Source: Gammaproteobacteria bacterium
Lineage (GTDB): Bacteria; Pseudomonadota; Gammaproteobacteria; JAABTG01
Reading direction: 5' to 3'
DNA: 64,000 nucleotides
Assembly (NCBI GenBank): GCA_034522055.1
Contig: JAXHLS010000006.1
Coordinates: forward strand, 705,643-769,642
The translations under genes and the position numbers were made by a program. How positions within the stretch are numbered: the first letter of the stretch is position 1; each line of letters begins with the position of its first letter. A model generated the notes under the pieces. That model did not search any database, had not been told where the DNA came from, and was given only the letters and a program-made list of their open reading frames with translations. Positions 49,403 through 60,054 of this stretch are shown here, piece by piece.

Positions 49403-50821
49403 ATGATTAGAAAGATCCTCATCGCCAATCGTGGTGAAATCGCGGTCCGTATCGTGCGCGCCTGCAATGAGATGGGGATCACCGCGGTGGCGGTGTACAC
49501 GGACGCGGACCGCCATGCCCTGCACGTCAAGAAGGCGGATGAGGCCTATAACATCGGCCCCGAGTCGGTAGCCGGCTATCTCAACGTCCACCGACTGGTG
49601 AATCTCGCCGTCGCCACGGGCTGTGACGCCCTGCACCCGGGCTATGGCTTCCTGTCGGAGAATCCCACCCTGGCGGAGATCTGTCGGGCCCGGGGCGTGA
49701 AGTTCATCGGCCCCACCGCCCATGTCATCCGCCGCATGGGGGACAAGATCAGGGCCCGCGAGGCCATGATCGAGGCCGGCATACCGGTGGTCCCGGGCAG
49801 CGACGGCAATCTCGATTCCCTGGACGACGCCCGCCGTGTGGCCGGAAAAATAGGCTATCCGGTGATGCTCAAGGCCACTTCCGGCGGCGGCGGCCGGGGC
49901 ATCAGGCGCTGCGACTCCGAGCGTGAACTCGAGAACAACTTCGCCCGTGTCACCTCCGAGGCCATCAAGGCCTTCGGCAGCGCCAACGTGTTCCTGGAGA
50001 AGGCCATCGTCAACCCCCGGCACATCGAGGTGCAGATACTGGCGGACGAACACGGCAACGTTATCCACCTGTTCGAGCGCGACTGCTCCATCCAGCGCCG
50101 CCACCAGAAGCTCATCGAGATCGCGCCGTCGCCGCAACTGGACGAGGGGCTGCGCGAAACCATCGGTGAGTATGCCGCCCGGGCCGCCGATGCCGTGGGC
50201 TACACCAACGCCGGCACGGTGGAGTTCCTGCTGGCGGATGACGGCAACGTGTACTTCATGGAAATGAACACCCGGCTACAGGTGGAACATACGGTCACCG
50301 AGCAGATCACCGGCATCGACATCGTCAAGCGGCAGATCCATATCGCCAACGGCGAGCCCCTGGGCATCACCCAGGAAGACGTGAGTCGCCGGGGGTTCGC
50401 CATGCAGTTCCGCATCAATGCCGAGGACCCCAAGAACGACTTCCTGCCGAGTTTCGGCGTGGTCACGCGCTACTATGCCCCTGGCGGTCCCGGGGTGCGT
50501 ACCGATGGGGCCATCTACACGGGATACGAGATCCCCCCCTATTACGACTCCCTGTGCGTCAAGCTGACTGTGTGGGCCCTGACCTGGCCGGAGGTGCTGG
50601 ATCGGGCGGCGCGGGCCTTGAGTGATATCGGCGTCTACGGGGTGCGCACCACCATCCCCTATTATCGGCAGATCCTGACCACCGAGGAGTTCCGCAGTGG
50701 CAACTTCAACACCGGGTTCGTGGAGTCCCATCCCGAGCTTCTCGAGTACTCCAGCAAGCGCCGGCCCCAGGAACTCAGCGCCGCCATCGCCGCCGCCATC
50801 GCCGGTCATCTGGGCTTCTGA
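49403..50821 (+). CDS. pycA: Biotin carboxylase subunit of two-subunit pyruvate carboxylase (PycA; AccC-like)
   Basis: 472 aa, MIRKILIANRGEIAVRI start, ATP-grasp motifs. Paired with the carboxyltransferase/BCCP gene immediately downstream. Confidence 0.8.
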   Translation: MIRKILIANRGEIAVRIVRACNEMGITAVAVYTDADRHALHVKKADEAYNIGPESVAGYLNVHRLVNLAVATGCDALHPGYGFLSENPTLAEICRARGVKFIGPTAHVIRRMGDKIRAREAMIEAGIPVVPGSDGNLDSLDDARRVAGKIGYPVMLKATSGGGGRGIRRCDSERELENNFARVTSEAIKAFGSANVFLEKAIVNPRHIEVQILADEHGNVIHLFERDCSIQRRHQKLIEIAPSPQLDEGLRETIGEYAARAADAVGYTNAGTVEFLLADDGNVYFMEMNTRLQVEHTVTEQITGIDIVKRQIHIANGEPLGITQEDVSRRGFAMQFRINAEDPKNDFLPSFGVVTRYYAPGGPGVRTDGAIYTGYEIPPYYDSLCVKLTVWALTWPEVLDRAARALSDIGVYGVRTTIPYYRQILTTEEFRSGNFNTGFVESHPELLEYSSKRRPQELSAAIAAAIAGHLGF

Positions 50822-50876
50822 AGGGGCCCGGGGTTCGGGATCCGTGTACCGCACATCTAACTGAGGAACGTCAACT

Positions 50877-52700
50877 ATGTCCCGGGTTTCCATCACAGAC
50901 ACCATTCTGCGAGACGCGCATCAGTGCCTGATCGCCACGCGGATGCGTACCGAGGACATGTTGCCCATCTGCCCGAAGCTGGACACGGTGGGCTTCTGGT
51001 CCCTCGAGGTATGGGGTGGAGCCACCTTCGACACCTGCATGCGGTTCCTCAAGGAGGACCCCTGGGAGCGGCTGAAGGCACTGCGCAAGGCCCTGCCCAA
51101 CACGCCCCTGCAGATGCTGTTGCGTGGCCAGAATCTCTTGGGATACCGCCACTACTCCGACGACGTGGTGCGGGCCTTCATCCATCTGGCCGCCGTCAAC
51201 GGCGTCGATATCTTCCGTATCTTCGACGCCCTCAACGATACCCGCAACCTGGAGACGGCCATAGCCGCGGTACGCAAGGAGGGCAAGCATGCCCAGGGGG
51301 CCATCTCCTACACCGTGAGCCCGGTGCATTCCATCCCCCGTTTCGTGGAAATGGCGGAAAAGCTGGAGACCATGGGCTGCGACTCCGTGGCCATCAAGGA
51401 CATGGCAGGCCTGCTCACGCCCCTGACCACCCATGATCTGGTATCCCGGCTCAAAGAGGCCGTGAGCATCCCCATTCATGTCCACTCCCACGCCACCTCC
51501 GGGTTATCGGAGATGTGCATGCTCAAGGCGGTGGAGGCCGGGTGCGACAACATCAACACCGCCATCTCCGCGTTCTCCGGGGGGGCCAGTCACCCGCCCA
51601 CGGAGAGTATGGTGGCGGCCTTCAAGGACACTCCCTACGACACCGGCCTCGACCTGGAACTGCTCCAGGAGATCGGCTTCTATTTCTATGGCGTGCGCAA
51701 GAAGTACCATCACTTCGAGAGCGAGTACACCGGTCTGGATACCCGGGTCCAGGTGTCCCAGGTGCCGGGGGGGATGGTGTCGAACCTGGTCAACCAGCTC
51801 CGGGAGCAGGGTGCCCTGGACAAGATGAGCGCGGTGATGGCCGAGATCCCCAAGGTACGGCAGGACCTGGGCTACCCGCCCCTGGTGACTCCCACCTCCC
51901 AGATCGTGGGCACCCAGGCGGTGATCAACGTGTTGAACGGTGAGCGTTACAAGACCGTGACCAACGAGGTGAAGCTCTATCTCAAGGGACGCTATGGCCA
52001 GCCCCTCGGCGAGGTGAACTCGGTGGTGCGCAAGCTGGCCATCGGCGACGACGAGGTCATCACCTGTCGCCCTGCCGATCTGCTGCCCGATGAGATGGAC
52101 GAATTGCGCCACAACGTGGGCGACCTGGCCGAGTCCGAGGAGGACGTGCTCTCCTATGCCATGTTCCCCGAGGTGGCGAAGGACTTCCTGGAGGACCGCA
52201 AGGCGGGCACCCTGGTGCCCGAGCCCCTCGAGCCCATCGATCCGAGCCAGTCCTCCCGCGGCCCCGCACCGACGGAGTTCAACCTCACGGTGCATGGCGA
52301 GACCTATCACATCCAGCTCAAGGGTACGGGCCACAAGACCCAGGAGAAGCGCCCCTTCTATCTCACCGTCGACGGCATGCCCGAGGAGGTGATGGTGGAA
52401 TCCCTCCACGAGATCCCCCTGGATCCCGGTGGTTCCCAGAGCACCATCCACAAGGGCAGCCGGCGCCCACCGGCCCGCGACAAGGGGGACGTCACCACGT
52501 CGATGCCCGGCACCATCGTGGAGATCCTGGTGAAGGAAGGCGACCGGGTATCGGCGGGTGACCCCGTCATCGTGACGGAGGCCATGAAGATGGAGACGGA
52601 GATCCAGGCTCCCATCACGGGCACGGTCAAGGTCGTCCATGTGAACAAGGGCGATACGGTCAATCCGGACGAGGCCCTCATCGAGATCCGCGCCGACTGA
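50877..52700 (+). CDS. pycB: Pyruvate carboxylase subunit B (carboxyltransferase + biotin carboxyl carrier; oxaloacetate decarboxylase alpha-like)
   Basis: 607 aa. TIM-barrel carboxyltransferase N-domain (ILRDAHQCLIATRMRTEDM). C-terminal biotinyl-lysine motif EAMKMETEI. Confidence 0.82.
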   Translation: MSRVSITDTILRDAHQCLIATRMRTEDMLPICPKLDTVGFWSLEVWGGATFDTCMRFLKEDPWERLKALRKALPNTPLQMLLRGQNLLGYRHYSDDVVRAFIHLAAVNGVDIFRIFDALNDTRNLETAIAAVRKEGKHAQGAISYTVSPVHSIPRFVEMAEKLETMGCDSVAIKDMAGLLTPLTTHDLVSRLKEAVSIPIHVHSHATSGLSEMCMLKAVEAGCDNINTAISAFSGGASHPPTESMVAAFKDTPYDTGLDLELLQEIGFYFYGVRKKYHHFESEYTGLDTRVQVSQVPGGMVSNLVNQLREQGALDKMSAVMAEIPKVRQDLGYPPLVTPTSQIVGTQAVINVLNGERYKTVTNEVKLYLKGRYGQPLGEVNSVVRKLAIGDDEVITCRPADLLPDEMDELRHNVGDLAESEEDVLSYAMFPEVAKDFLEDRKAGTLVPEPLEPIDPSQSSRGPAPTEFNLTVHGETYHIQLKGTGHKTQEKRPFYLTVDGMPEEVMVESLHEIPLDPGGSQSTIHKGSRRPPARDKGDVTTSMPGTIVEILVKEGDRVSAGDPVIVTEAMKMETEIQAPITGTVKVVHVNKGDTVNPDEALIEIRAD

Positions 52701-52706
52701 AGGCCC

Positions 52707-53324
52707 ATGCCCTCCTCCCCTCTTCCGCAGCTCGTCCTCGCCTCCACCTCACCCTACCGCCGTGCGCTGCTGGAGCGCCTCGGCGTGCCTTTCGAGACCA
52801 CGGATCCGGCGGTAGACGAGAGCCCCCTGCCTCATGAGGCACCCGAGGCACTGGTACGGCGTCTTTCCGAGGCCAAGGCGCGCCAGGGCGGCCGCGGGCG
52901 TGACCATGCCCTGGTGGTCGGCTCCGATCAGATGGCGATGGTGGATGGTGAATTGCTGGGCAAGCCCGGCGATCACGACCATGCTGTCAGGCAACTGGAA
53001 CGTTCCAGCGACCGGATGGTGACCTTCCTCACCGGCCTGTGCGTCCTCGACACCCGCAGCGGCCGGGCCGCCACCGACATGGTGCCCTTCCGGGTGGTAT
53101 TCCGCCCCTTGAGCCGCGCCCAGATCGAGAGCTATCTGGCCCGCGAGCGGCCCTATAATGCTGCCGGCAGCTTCAAGTCGGAGGGCCTGGGCGTGGCCTT
53201 ATTCCAACGCATGGAGGGGGACGATCCCACGGCCCTGGTGGGGTTGCCCCTCATTCGCCTCGTGGAACTGCTGCGCGAGGGCGGCCTGGATGTGCTGGAC
53301 GTTCGCGCACCAGAGGCATCCTGA
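52707..53324 (+). CDS. maf: Maf-family nucleoside triphosphate pyrophosphatase (YceF-like)
   Basis: LVLASTSPYRRALLERLG start, typical Maf. Confidence 0.8.
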   Translation: MPSSPLPQLVLASTSPYRRALLERLGVPFETTDPAVDESPLPHEAPEALVRRLSEAKARQGGRGRDHALVVGSDQMAMVDGELLGKPGDHDHAVRQLERSSDRMVTFLTGLCVLDTRSGRAATDMVPFRVVFRPLSRAQIESYLARERPYNAAGSFKSEGLGVALFQRMEGDDPTALVGLPLIRLVELLREGGLDVLDVRAPEAS

Positions 53325-53357
53325 GGAAATGCGATGGCATATCGCGCCCCTCTCTTC

Positions 53358-54341
53358 TCAGGGGCCCCGTAACAGCCCGCGAGTGCCCAGGGTATCCGTG
53401 AACTGGCGTCCCAGCATCACGGCGAAGCGGTCGGCCAAGCGCTCCAGATAAGCCGGGCGGCGGGTGAAATCGACCACTTCCTCCTCCCCTATCACCTCGC
53501 GAGCCACATAACCGGGGCTGCCGAGGCCGTCCACCAGACCGAGATTGAGACTCTCCTCCCCCGTCCATATGAGGCCCGAGAAGAGCTTCTCATTTTCTAC
53601 CAGGCGCTCGCCCCGCCCGTCCCGCACCGCGGCGATGAACTGCTGGTGGATCCGCTCCAGCAGGCCTTCGATATGAGCCACCTCCGTGTCTTCCAGGGGT
53701 GAGAAGGGGTCCATCAGGGCCTTGTGCTCACCCGCCGTCAGCAGGCGCCGCTCCACCCCCAGCTTGTCCATCGCATCCACGAAGCCGAAACTCCCCATCA
53801 GCACGCCGATGGAGCCCACCAGACTGGCCTTGTTCACGTATATCTTGTCGGCGGCGGCGGCCACATAGTAGCCGCCGGAGGCACACAGGTCCGTGACCAC
53901 CGCATAGAGGGGTATATCCTCGTGCTTGGCCCGCAGGCGCTTGATCTCATCGTGGATATAGGCCGACTGCACGGCACTGCCGCCCGGGCTGTTGATGCGC
54001 AGTACGATGCCCTTGGTGTTCTCATCCTCGAAGGCCTTCCGCAGGCCGCTGATGACGGAGTCGGCGCTGGCCTCCGAGGCATCCGAGATGACACCGTCCA
54101 GGTCCACCAGGGCGGTATGGGAGCCGCCGTTCAGCCCCATGAGTTCCAGATCCGTGGGCAGGTAGAGCACCAGCAGCAGTGCCAGGTAGACGGCCAGCAG
54201 GAGCTTGAAGAAGATTCCCCAGCGCCGGGCCCGCCGCTGCTCCCGCAGGGCCGCCACCGAGAGTTCGCGTACCAGCTTGCGTTCCCAGGACTCCGGCTGG
54301 TCGTTCAGCCCATCCAGTTTCATATCGTCTAGGTCTGACAT
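53358..54341 (-). CDS. sppA: Signal peptide peptidase SppA (36K type)
   Basis: N-terminal TM. Catalytic Ser region INSPGGSAVQS and Lys region. Confidence 0.82.
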   Translation of the reverse strand: MSDLDDMKLDGLNDQPESWERKLVRELSVAALREQRRARRWGIFFKLLLAVYLALLLVLYLPTDLELMGLNGGSHTALVDLDGVISDASEASADSVISGLRKAFEDENTKGIVLRINSPGGSAVQSAYIHDEIKRLRAKHEDIPLYAVVTDLCASGGYYVAAAADKIYVNKASLVGSIGVLMGSFGFVDAMDKLGVERRLLTAGEHKALMDPFSPLEDTEVAHIEGLLERIHQQFIAAVRDGRGERLVENEKLFSGLIWTGEESLNLGLVDGLGSPGYVAREVIGEEEVVDFTRRPAYLERLADRFAVMLGRQFTDTLGTRGLLRGP

Positions 54342-54423
54342 CGATCTGTTGTTCTCAGCTTACGGATAAGGATTCGACCACACGGCGCTGGCTACTTACA
54401 ACGGCGCATTCCAGGGTCGGTAG

Positions 54424-55077
54424 TCAGAAGTTCAGGTCCCGCAGTACGCCCGGCAGGGCCGGGAATTCCTCGATCAGGGCCCAGGGAGACAGGTGCTGCA
54501 GGCGATCCCGATGCTGCACGCCGTAGGTGACGCCGATTGCGCCGATGCCGGCGTTGGCCGCCATGTTCAGATCGAACTCCGTGTCGCCCACCATCACCGC
54601 CGCGGCGGGCTCCACGCCGGTGAACTCCAGGATCTCCTCCACCATCCGGGGATGGGGCTTGGAACAGCTCTCGTCGGCGCAACGGCTGGTGACGAATAGG
54701 GGACCGAGACCGGTGTCCCGCAGGGCCCGATCGAGGCCGGCGCGTCCCTTGCCCGTGGCCACCGCCAGCAGATACCCGGACTCCGAGAGCGCCGCCAGGG
54801 TGGTGTCCACACCGGGAAACAGGGGCATGGGGTCGCCATCCTCAGCCAGGAAGTGGCTGCGGTAACGCTCGATGAAACTCAGGCAAAACGCCTCCGGCTC
54901 CTCGGGGAACAGGGTACGCACCGCCTCCATGAGTCCCAGACCGATGATGTCCCGCACCCGGTGTTGCTCCAGATCCGGCCGCTCAAGATCCTGGGCCGCG
55001 GCCATGGCCGAGGCCACGATGCGGGCCTCCGAATCCATCAACGTACCGTCCCAATCCAGAATGATGAGGCGGGTCAT
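54424..55077 (-). CDS. HAD-superfamily hydrolase (phosphoglycolate-phosphatase-like)
   Basis: DWDGTL motif I. ATGA overlap with rluC. Confidence 0.72.
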   Translation of the reverse strand: MTRLIILDWDGTLMDSEARIVASAMAAAQDLERPDLEQHRVRDIIGLGLMEAVRTLFPEEPEAFCLSFIERYRSHFLAEDGDPMPLFPGVDTTLAALSESGYLLAVATGKGRAGLDRALRDTGLGPLFVTSRCADESCSKPHPRMVEEILEFTGVEPAAAVMVGDTEFDLNMAANAGIGAIGVTYGVQHRDRLQHLSPWALIEEFPALPGVLRDLNF

Positions 55078-56054
55078 GACAGGGCACACTCGAGTTCGAG
55101 GACCTTCAGGATCTCCGTCAGATCCGCGGGCAGGGGTGCCGTCACCTCGACCTCGCCGCCGAGGCGGGTAGGGATCCGCAGGCGCCAGGCGTGGAGAAAC
55201 AACCGCTTGAGGCCGTGCTCCCGAATCATCTCGTTGAAGGCATGGTCACCGTATTTTTCATCCCCGGCCAGGGGATGGCCGAGATGCGCCCCATGGACGC
55301 GGATCTGGTGGGTGCGGCCGGTAAGCAGGGTGACACGCACCAGGGAGGCGGCGGAGCCGGCTGCGAGACCCTCGAACACGCTCCTGGATGCCTTGCCCGC
55401 CGCATCCACTCGCACCATGCGCTCACCGGAGCGCAGCTGATTCTTGAGCAGAGGCGCATCCACCATCGTACGGCCGGGCGCAAAGCGGCCCTTCACCAGG
55501 GCCACATAGGTCTTGTCCATGCCCCCGGCACGCAGGGTGTCATGGAGGAACTTCAGGGCACTGCGGCGTTTGGCCAGGATCAGGCAGCCCGAGGTATCCC
55601 TGTCCAGGCGATGGACCAGCTCCAGGTAGGGAAGTTCCGGTCGCATCATGCGCGCCGACTCGATGACGCCGAGGCTCTGTCCACTGCCGCCATGCACCGC
55701 CATGCCCGCCGGCTTGTCCAGCACCCAGATATCGTCGTCCTCCAACAGGGTGCGGGTGGCCAGGCGACGCCCGTGAGCACGTCCGAGGCCCTCGTCCTTT
55801 TCGCTGGGTGTCGCCTGGCGGACGGGGGGAATGCGGATCACATCGCCGGCCTGGAGGCGGTAATCGGGTTTGATGCGGCCGCGATTGACCCTGACCTCAC
55901 CCTTGCGCAGGATGCGGTAGATGCGGCTCTTGGGAACGCCCTTCAGTTCGTTACGCAGGAAGTTATCCACACGCTGCCCCGCGAAGGCCGGATCCACCAC
56001 CACTTCCCGCACCGCCGGCCGGGGTGTCGGCTGATTCTGGTTCATGGCCGGCAT
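55074..56054 (-). CDS. rluC: 23S rRNA pseudouridine(955/2504/2580) synthase RluC
   Basis: S4 domain N-terminus. Catalytic HRLDRDTSG motif. Divergent from rne as in E. coli. Confidence 0.85.
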   Translation of the reverse strand: MPAMNQNQPTPRPAVREVVVDPAFAGQRVDNFLRNELKGVPKSRIYRILRKGEVRVNRGRIKPDYRLQAGDVIRIPPVRQATPSEKDEGLGRAHGRRLATRTLLEDDDIWVLDKPAGMAVHGGSGQSLGVIESARMMRPELPYLELVHRLDRDTSGCLILAKRRSALKFLHDTLRAGGMDKTYVALVKGRFAPGRTMVDAPLLKNQLRSGERMVRVDAAGKASRSVFEGLAAGSAASLVRVTLLTGRTHQIRVHGAHLGHPLAGDEKYGDHAFNEMIREHGLKRLFLHAWRLRIPTRLGGEVEVTAPLPADLTEILKVLELECALS

Positions 56055-56632
56055 GATAACAGGACGGGTCCATAAAAATGCTTTTTAAACTAATCACCTA
56101 AGTGGGCAACAGTCCTTTACCGGGGGTGCCCAAGATTGTTATATTTCATCTTCCCAAAAAGGGTGGTGCGGTCGACGTGCTTCCGGCGGGCGCCAGAGTC
56201 TGCGCCGCAAGGATCGGGCCGTACCAGGTACTAGAACTGATGATTTTCACCGTCGTGTTGACTGGCGGTATGGGCGGCCGGTTTGATTCATCCGGCTGTC
56301 GCAAGGGTAAAGATATCCGGCACGGGACGGCGGCCTATCGGTCATGCCGTCGCCCTGCCCGATGTGGATTTAGTGCTGCACGGTCGGCGTCCCCCAACGG
56401 GTGTGCCAGGCCGCCCGAACCGGCGACGGAGCCCGGCTGCGGGACAGCCCGGTGATCCCTGATTGTTTTTGATTGCAATGAGTTAGGGGTTGTTTCTGAC
56501 GCTGATGCCAAAGCGCGCGGCGACGTGCGCCAAGCCTAACCCTCCCCGCCCTGACATACCTGCTGCCCAGCCGAGTGATGGTGACTGTCGTTCTTCCTTC
56601 GAAGAGCGCCAAGCCAAGGGGCAGAACCTGAA
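56055..56632 (+). promoter_or_regulatory. rne promoter plus long structured 5' leader (autoregulatory 5' UTR expected by analogy with enterobacterial rne)
   Basis: 578-bp non-coding gap between the divergent rluC and rne. A strong RBS-distal AT-rich segment. Function inferred from conserved arrangement, not from sequence motifs. Confidence 0.4.
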
Positions 56633-59509
56633 ATGAAACGTATGCTTTTTAATGCGACTCAGCCGGAAGAGTTGCGCGTGGCCATGGTGGACGGCCAACG
56701 TCTCTACGATCTCGATATAGAGACGCCCTCGCGCGAGAAGCGCAAATCCAACATCTATAAGGGGCGTATCACCCGCGTCGAGCCCAGCCTGGAGGCCGCG
56801 TTCATAGACTATGGTGCGGAACGCCACGGCTTCCTGCCTTTGAAGGACGTCGCCCGCAGCTACTTTCGCGACACCGGCAAGAAGGAAGGTGGCAAGGTCA
56901 CCATCTCGGAGGCCCTGAAGGAAGGCCAGGAACTCCTGGTCCAGGTGGAAAAGGAGGAGCGCGGCAACAAGGGGGCGGCGCTGACCACCTTCATCAGCCT
57001 CGCCGGCCGCTACCTGGTGCTCATGCCCAACAATCCCCGGGCGGGTGGAGTCTCCCGCCGTGTCGAGGGCGATGACCGAGCCGAGCTGCGGGAAACCCTG
57101 AGCGCCCTCGCCCTCCCCGAGGGCATGGGGCTCATCGTGCGCACCGCGGGCGTCGGCCGCAATCAGGAAGAACTCCAATGGGACCTGGATTACCTGCTCC
57201 ACCTGTGGTCGGCCATCGAGGCGGCCGCCAGCGATCGCAAGGCGCCGATGCTGGTGCATCAGGAAAGCAACATCATCATCCGTGCCATCCGGGACTACTT
57301 CCGCCAGGAGATCCACGAAATCCTCATCGACAGTGAGGATGTGTTCCGTCAGGCCACCAATTTCGTCACGCAGGTCATGCCGGGCGAACTGGGCAAGTTG
57401 AAGTTCTACGACGACCCGGTGCCCCTGTTCAGCCGTTATCAGATCGAGAGCCAGATCGAAACGGCCTTCCAGCGCGAGGTGCGCCTGCCCTCCGGCGGCG
57501 CCCTGGTCATCGACCATACCGAGGCCCTGGTGTCGATAGACATCAACTCCGCCCGCGCCACCAAGGGCCAGGACATCGAGGAAACGGCCTTCAACACCAA
57601 CCTGGAGGCCGCGGACGAGGTGGCCCGACAGCTACGGCTACGCGACCTCGGGGGGCTGATCGTCATCGATTTCATCGACATGACCCCGACCCGCCACCAG
57701 CGAGAGGTGGAAAACCGCCTGCGCGAGGCCCTCAAGCTAGACCGCGCCCGGGTGCAGATCGGTCGCATATCCCGCTTCGGCTTGCTGGAGATGTCCCGCC
57801 AGCGCCTGCGCCCCTCCCTGGGTGAATCCAGTCAGGTGGTGTGCCCCCGCTGCAAGGGCCACGGCACCATCCTGAGTCCGGAATCCCTCGCCCTGCGTAC
57901 CCTGCGGCTGGTGGAAGAGGAGGCCATGAAGGAGAAGACAGGCAAGGTGGTGGCCCAACTTCCCGTGAACGTCGCCACCTTCCTGCTCAACGAGAAGCGC
58001 CACATGATCCAGGCCTTCGAGAGTCGCGAAGGCGTGCAGATCATCCTCGTGCCCAACCCCGACTTCGAGACCCCCCACTACGATATCCAGCGGGTTCGCG
58101 AAGACGAACTGACCCACGATGCCTTCCAGAAGAACAGCTCTGATCTGGCCACCAAACCCTCCTTGGATGAGGAAATCGTACAGTTGACGCCGCCGGCCCG
58201 GACCGAAGAGCCGGCAGTGAAGCCCATACCGCCCGCGGCACCGGCGCCTGCCGCCCCGGCGCAGGCGAAGCCCGAGGAGCGCGGCAATGCCGGTGATGCC
58301 GGCCTCATCCGGCGGCTGTGGGGCAGCCTCTTCGGCGGCACGGAAAACGCTATGGAGGCGCCGGCCAAGGGTCAGCAGAAGGAGGAGGAGGCGACCGCTG
58401 CGCCCCCGGCAACGGATGGGAACGGTGCGTCCAGGGAGTCATCCCGGCGCCGCCCCGCGCGACGCTCCACCAGCCAGAACAAGGCATCCGAGGCGGGTGA
58501 AGACCAGGCTGCGAGCACCCAGCAAGGGAATGAGGCAGCCTCCGGCACCTCGGAACGTGGTGCCGAGCCGGGTGCGAACCGGAGCCGCGGCGAGCAAGGC
58601 TCGCGGCGCGGTGGGCGCCGGCGCGGAGGACGTCGCAGCCGCTCCAGTGGCGACTCCCAGGCGGCGGACGCCAGCCAACGCAAGTCGGAGGACGCGGCGG
58701 CGGAAGGCGAACAGCCCACCGCGGCCGTAACCGAGGGCTCGCCCCCAGCAGCTGATGCCTCGCCGCCGCCCCCGGCAGCCGCCAAGAAGAGCAGCAGGCG
58801 GCGCCGGCGGTCACCCCGCAAACCGGCCCCCGGCGGCGATGGGACCACCACCGAGGAACAGCGGGCGGAGGCCCGGAGTGATAACCCCGCTGGCAACCCA
58901 TCGCCATCGGCCTCAGAGGGCGTGGCCCCCAGGTCTCCCGTCCCTCCTCCCCCACCGGCACCCGGCGTCCCAGCCTCAGGCCCCCCATCGGGGGGTGAGG
59001 GAGGCCCTACGGCGGCGCCCCTGCCCGCAAAGGCCGACAGTTCCACAACGCCGGTACCGCCTCCCGAGCCGCGGCCAGCGACGGCAGATAAATCCCCCCC
59101 AGTGGTGACGGCGACGCCGGCCGAGGTCGACAAGCCCAGGACCGATAAGTCCCAGGGTGAAAAGCCCCAGGCCGAGAAGCCCCAGGGTGAGAAGTCCCAG
59201 AGTGAGAAGTCCCAGAGTGAGAAGCTCCAGGGTGAGAAGCCCCTGGTGGAGAAGCCCCAGGCCGAGAAGCCCCAGACCGAGAAGCCCCAAGCCAAGAAGT
59301 CCGAGGTGGAAAAGCCCCAGTCCGAGAAGACGAAGAGCAGTGATGGGGGGACGAGTCAGGTGGTGGAGGCGACCACGAAGCCGGAGAGCGACAGCCCTGG
59401 GGTGGCCGGCAAGGACAAGGAGCAAGCGCGGGAAAAGACGGGCAGCACCAGCGGCGCGAGAGCGGACGCCGACAAGCGCCCTGACCGGGAGCCCTCGACG
59501 AGCGACTGA
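56633..59509 (+). CDS. rne: Ribonuclease E
   Basis: S1/5' sensor/DNase I-like/Zn-link catalytic N-terminal half ([30 protein letters not shown]...), CPRCKGHG Zn-link. Arg-rich RNA-binding segment and repeat-rich acidic C-terminal scaffold. Confidence 0.92.
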   Translation: MKRMLFNATQPEELRVAMVDGQRLYDLDIETPSREKRKSNIYKGRITRVEPSLEAAFIDYGAERHGFLPLKDVARSYFRDTGKKEGGKVTISEALKEGQELLVQVEKEERGNKGAALTTFISLAGRYLVLMPNNPRAGGVSRRVEGDDRAELRETLSALALPEGMGLIVRTAGVGRNQEELQWDLDYLLHLWSAIEAAASDRKAPMLVHQESNIIIRAIRDYFRQEIHEILIDSEDVFRQATNFVTQVMPGELGKLKFYDDPVPLFSRYQIESQIETAFQREVRLPSGGALVIDHTEALVSIDINSARATKGQDIEETAFNTNLEAADEVARQLRLRDLGGLIVIDFIDMTPTRHQREVENRLREALKLDRARVQIGRISRFGLLEMSRQRLRPSLGESSQVVCPRCKGHGTILSPESLALRTLRLVEEEAMKEKTGKVVAQLPVNVATFLLNEKRHMIQAFESREGVQIILVPNPDFETPHYDIQRVREDELTHDAFQKNSSDLATKPSLDEEIVQLTPPARTEEPAVKPIPPAAPAPAAPAQAKPEERGNAGDAGLIRRLWGSLFGGTENAMEAPAKGQQKEEEATAAPPATDGNGASRESSRRRPARRSTSQNKASEAGEDQAASTQQGNEAASGTSERGAEPGANRSRGEQGSRRGGRRRGGRRSRSSGDSQAADASQRKSEDAAAEGEQPTAAVTEGSPPAADASPPPPAAAKKSSRRRRRSPRKPAPGGDGTTTEEQRAEARSDNPAGNPSPSASEGVAPRSPVPPPPPAPGVPASGPPSGGEGGPTAAPLPAKADSSTTPVPPPEPRPATADKSPPVVTATPAEVDKPRTDKSQGEKPQAEKPQGEKSQSEKSQSEKLQGEKPLVEKPQAEKPQTEKPQAKKSEVEKPQSEKTKSSDGGTSQVVEATTKPESDSPGVAGKDKEQAREKTGSTSGARADADKRPDREPSTSD
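59148..59330 (+). repeat. About twelve tandem 15-nt repeats (GAGAAGCCCCAGGGT variants) encoding an (E-K-P/S-Q-x)n low-complexity tract inside the rne C-terminal scaffold
   Basis: Read directly in the DNA and in the protein ([51 protein letters not shown]...). Confidence 0.6.
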
Positions 59510-59670
59510 GTACAGGTCTATGTCGCGCTTGGTCGCCGCCCCGGCCGGGCTTGCGCGAACCAGGCCCTACGACAAGGTTCGTGGATCCAGGAGATCGGTG
59601 CCGTTTCCCTTCGTAAGCGCGTCGCATCCAGGGATGGGCTAGAACCCGGGGATCGCTTAAGAGGGGCTGT

Positions 59671-60054
59671 TCAGGTGGCGGCCTCGAGCACCACCACGGC
59701 GGCCGCGAATTGACGCTCATCGGTGATGCTGAGGTGGGCGGCGACAATACCCCGTCGCCGGAGCAGGGCCAGGGCCTCGCCATGGAACTCGAGCAATGGT
59801 TTCCCCAGGTGGTCGTGACCGACGGAGATGGAGCGAAAGGACACGCCGTCCCGCATGCCGGTACCGAGGGCCTTGCTGGCCGCTTCCTTGGCGGCGAAAC
59901 GCCGTGCCAGCAGGCGATCCGGTTGGGGGTGGCATTGCCACTCGGGCAGTTCGATATCCGTCAGCAGGCGCAGTGCGAAACGCAGCCCCCAGCGGTCATG
60001 AGCCGTGGTGATTCTGGCCACCTCCACCAGGTCCATCCCTACCCCATAGATCAC
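59671..60054 (-). CDS. acpS: Holo-ACP synthase (4'-phosphopantetheinyl transferase)
   Basis: [12 protein letters not shown] start, 127 aa. Confidence 0.85.
   Translation of the reverse strand: MIYGVGMDLVEVARITTAHDRWGLRFALRLLTDIELPEWQCHPQPDRLLARRFAAKEAASKALGTGMRDGVSFRSISVGHDHLGKPLLEFHGEALALLRRRGIVAAHLSITDERQFAAAVVVLEAAT

Noticed and set aside
59510-59670. GGTTCGTGGATCC motif after rne, examined as a possible tRNA T-arm
   Set aside because: No cloverleaf-compatible flanking sequence (no acceptor stem/anticodon arm complementarity found by eye).
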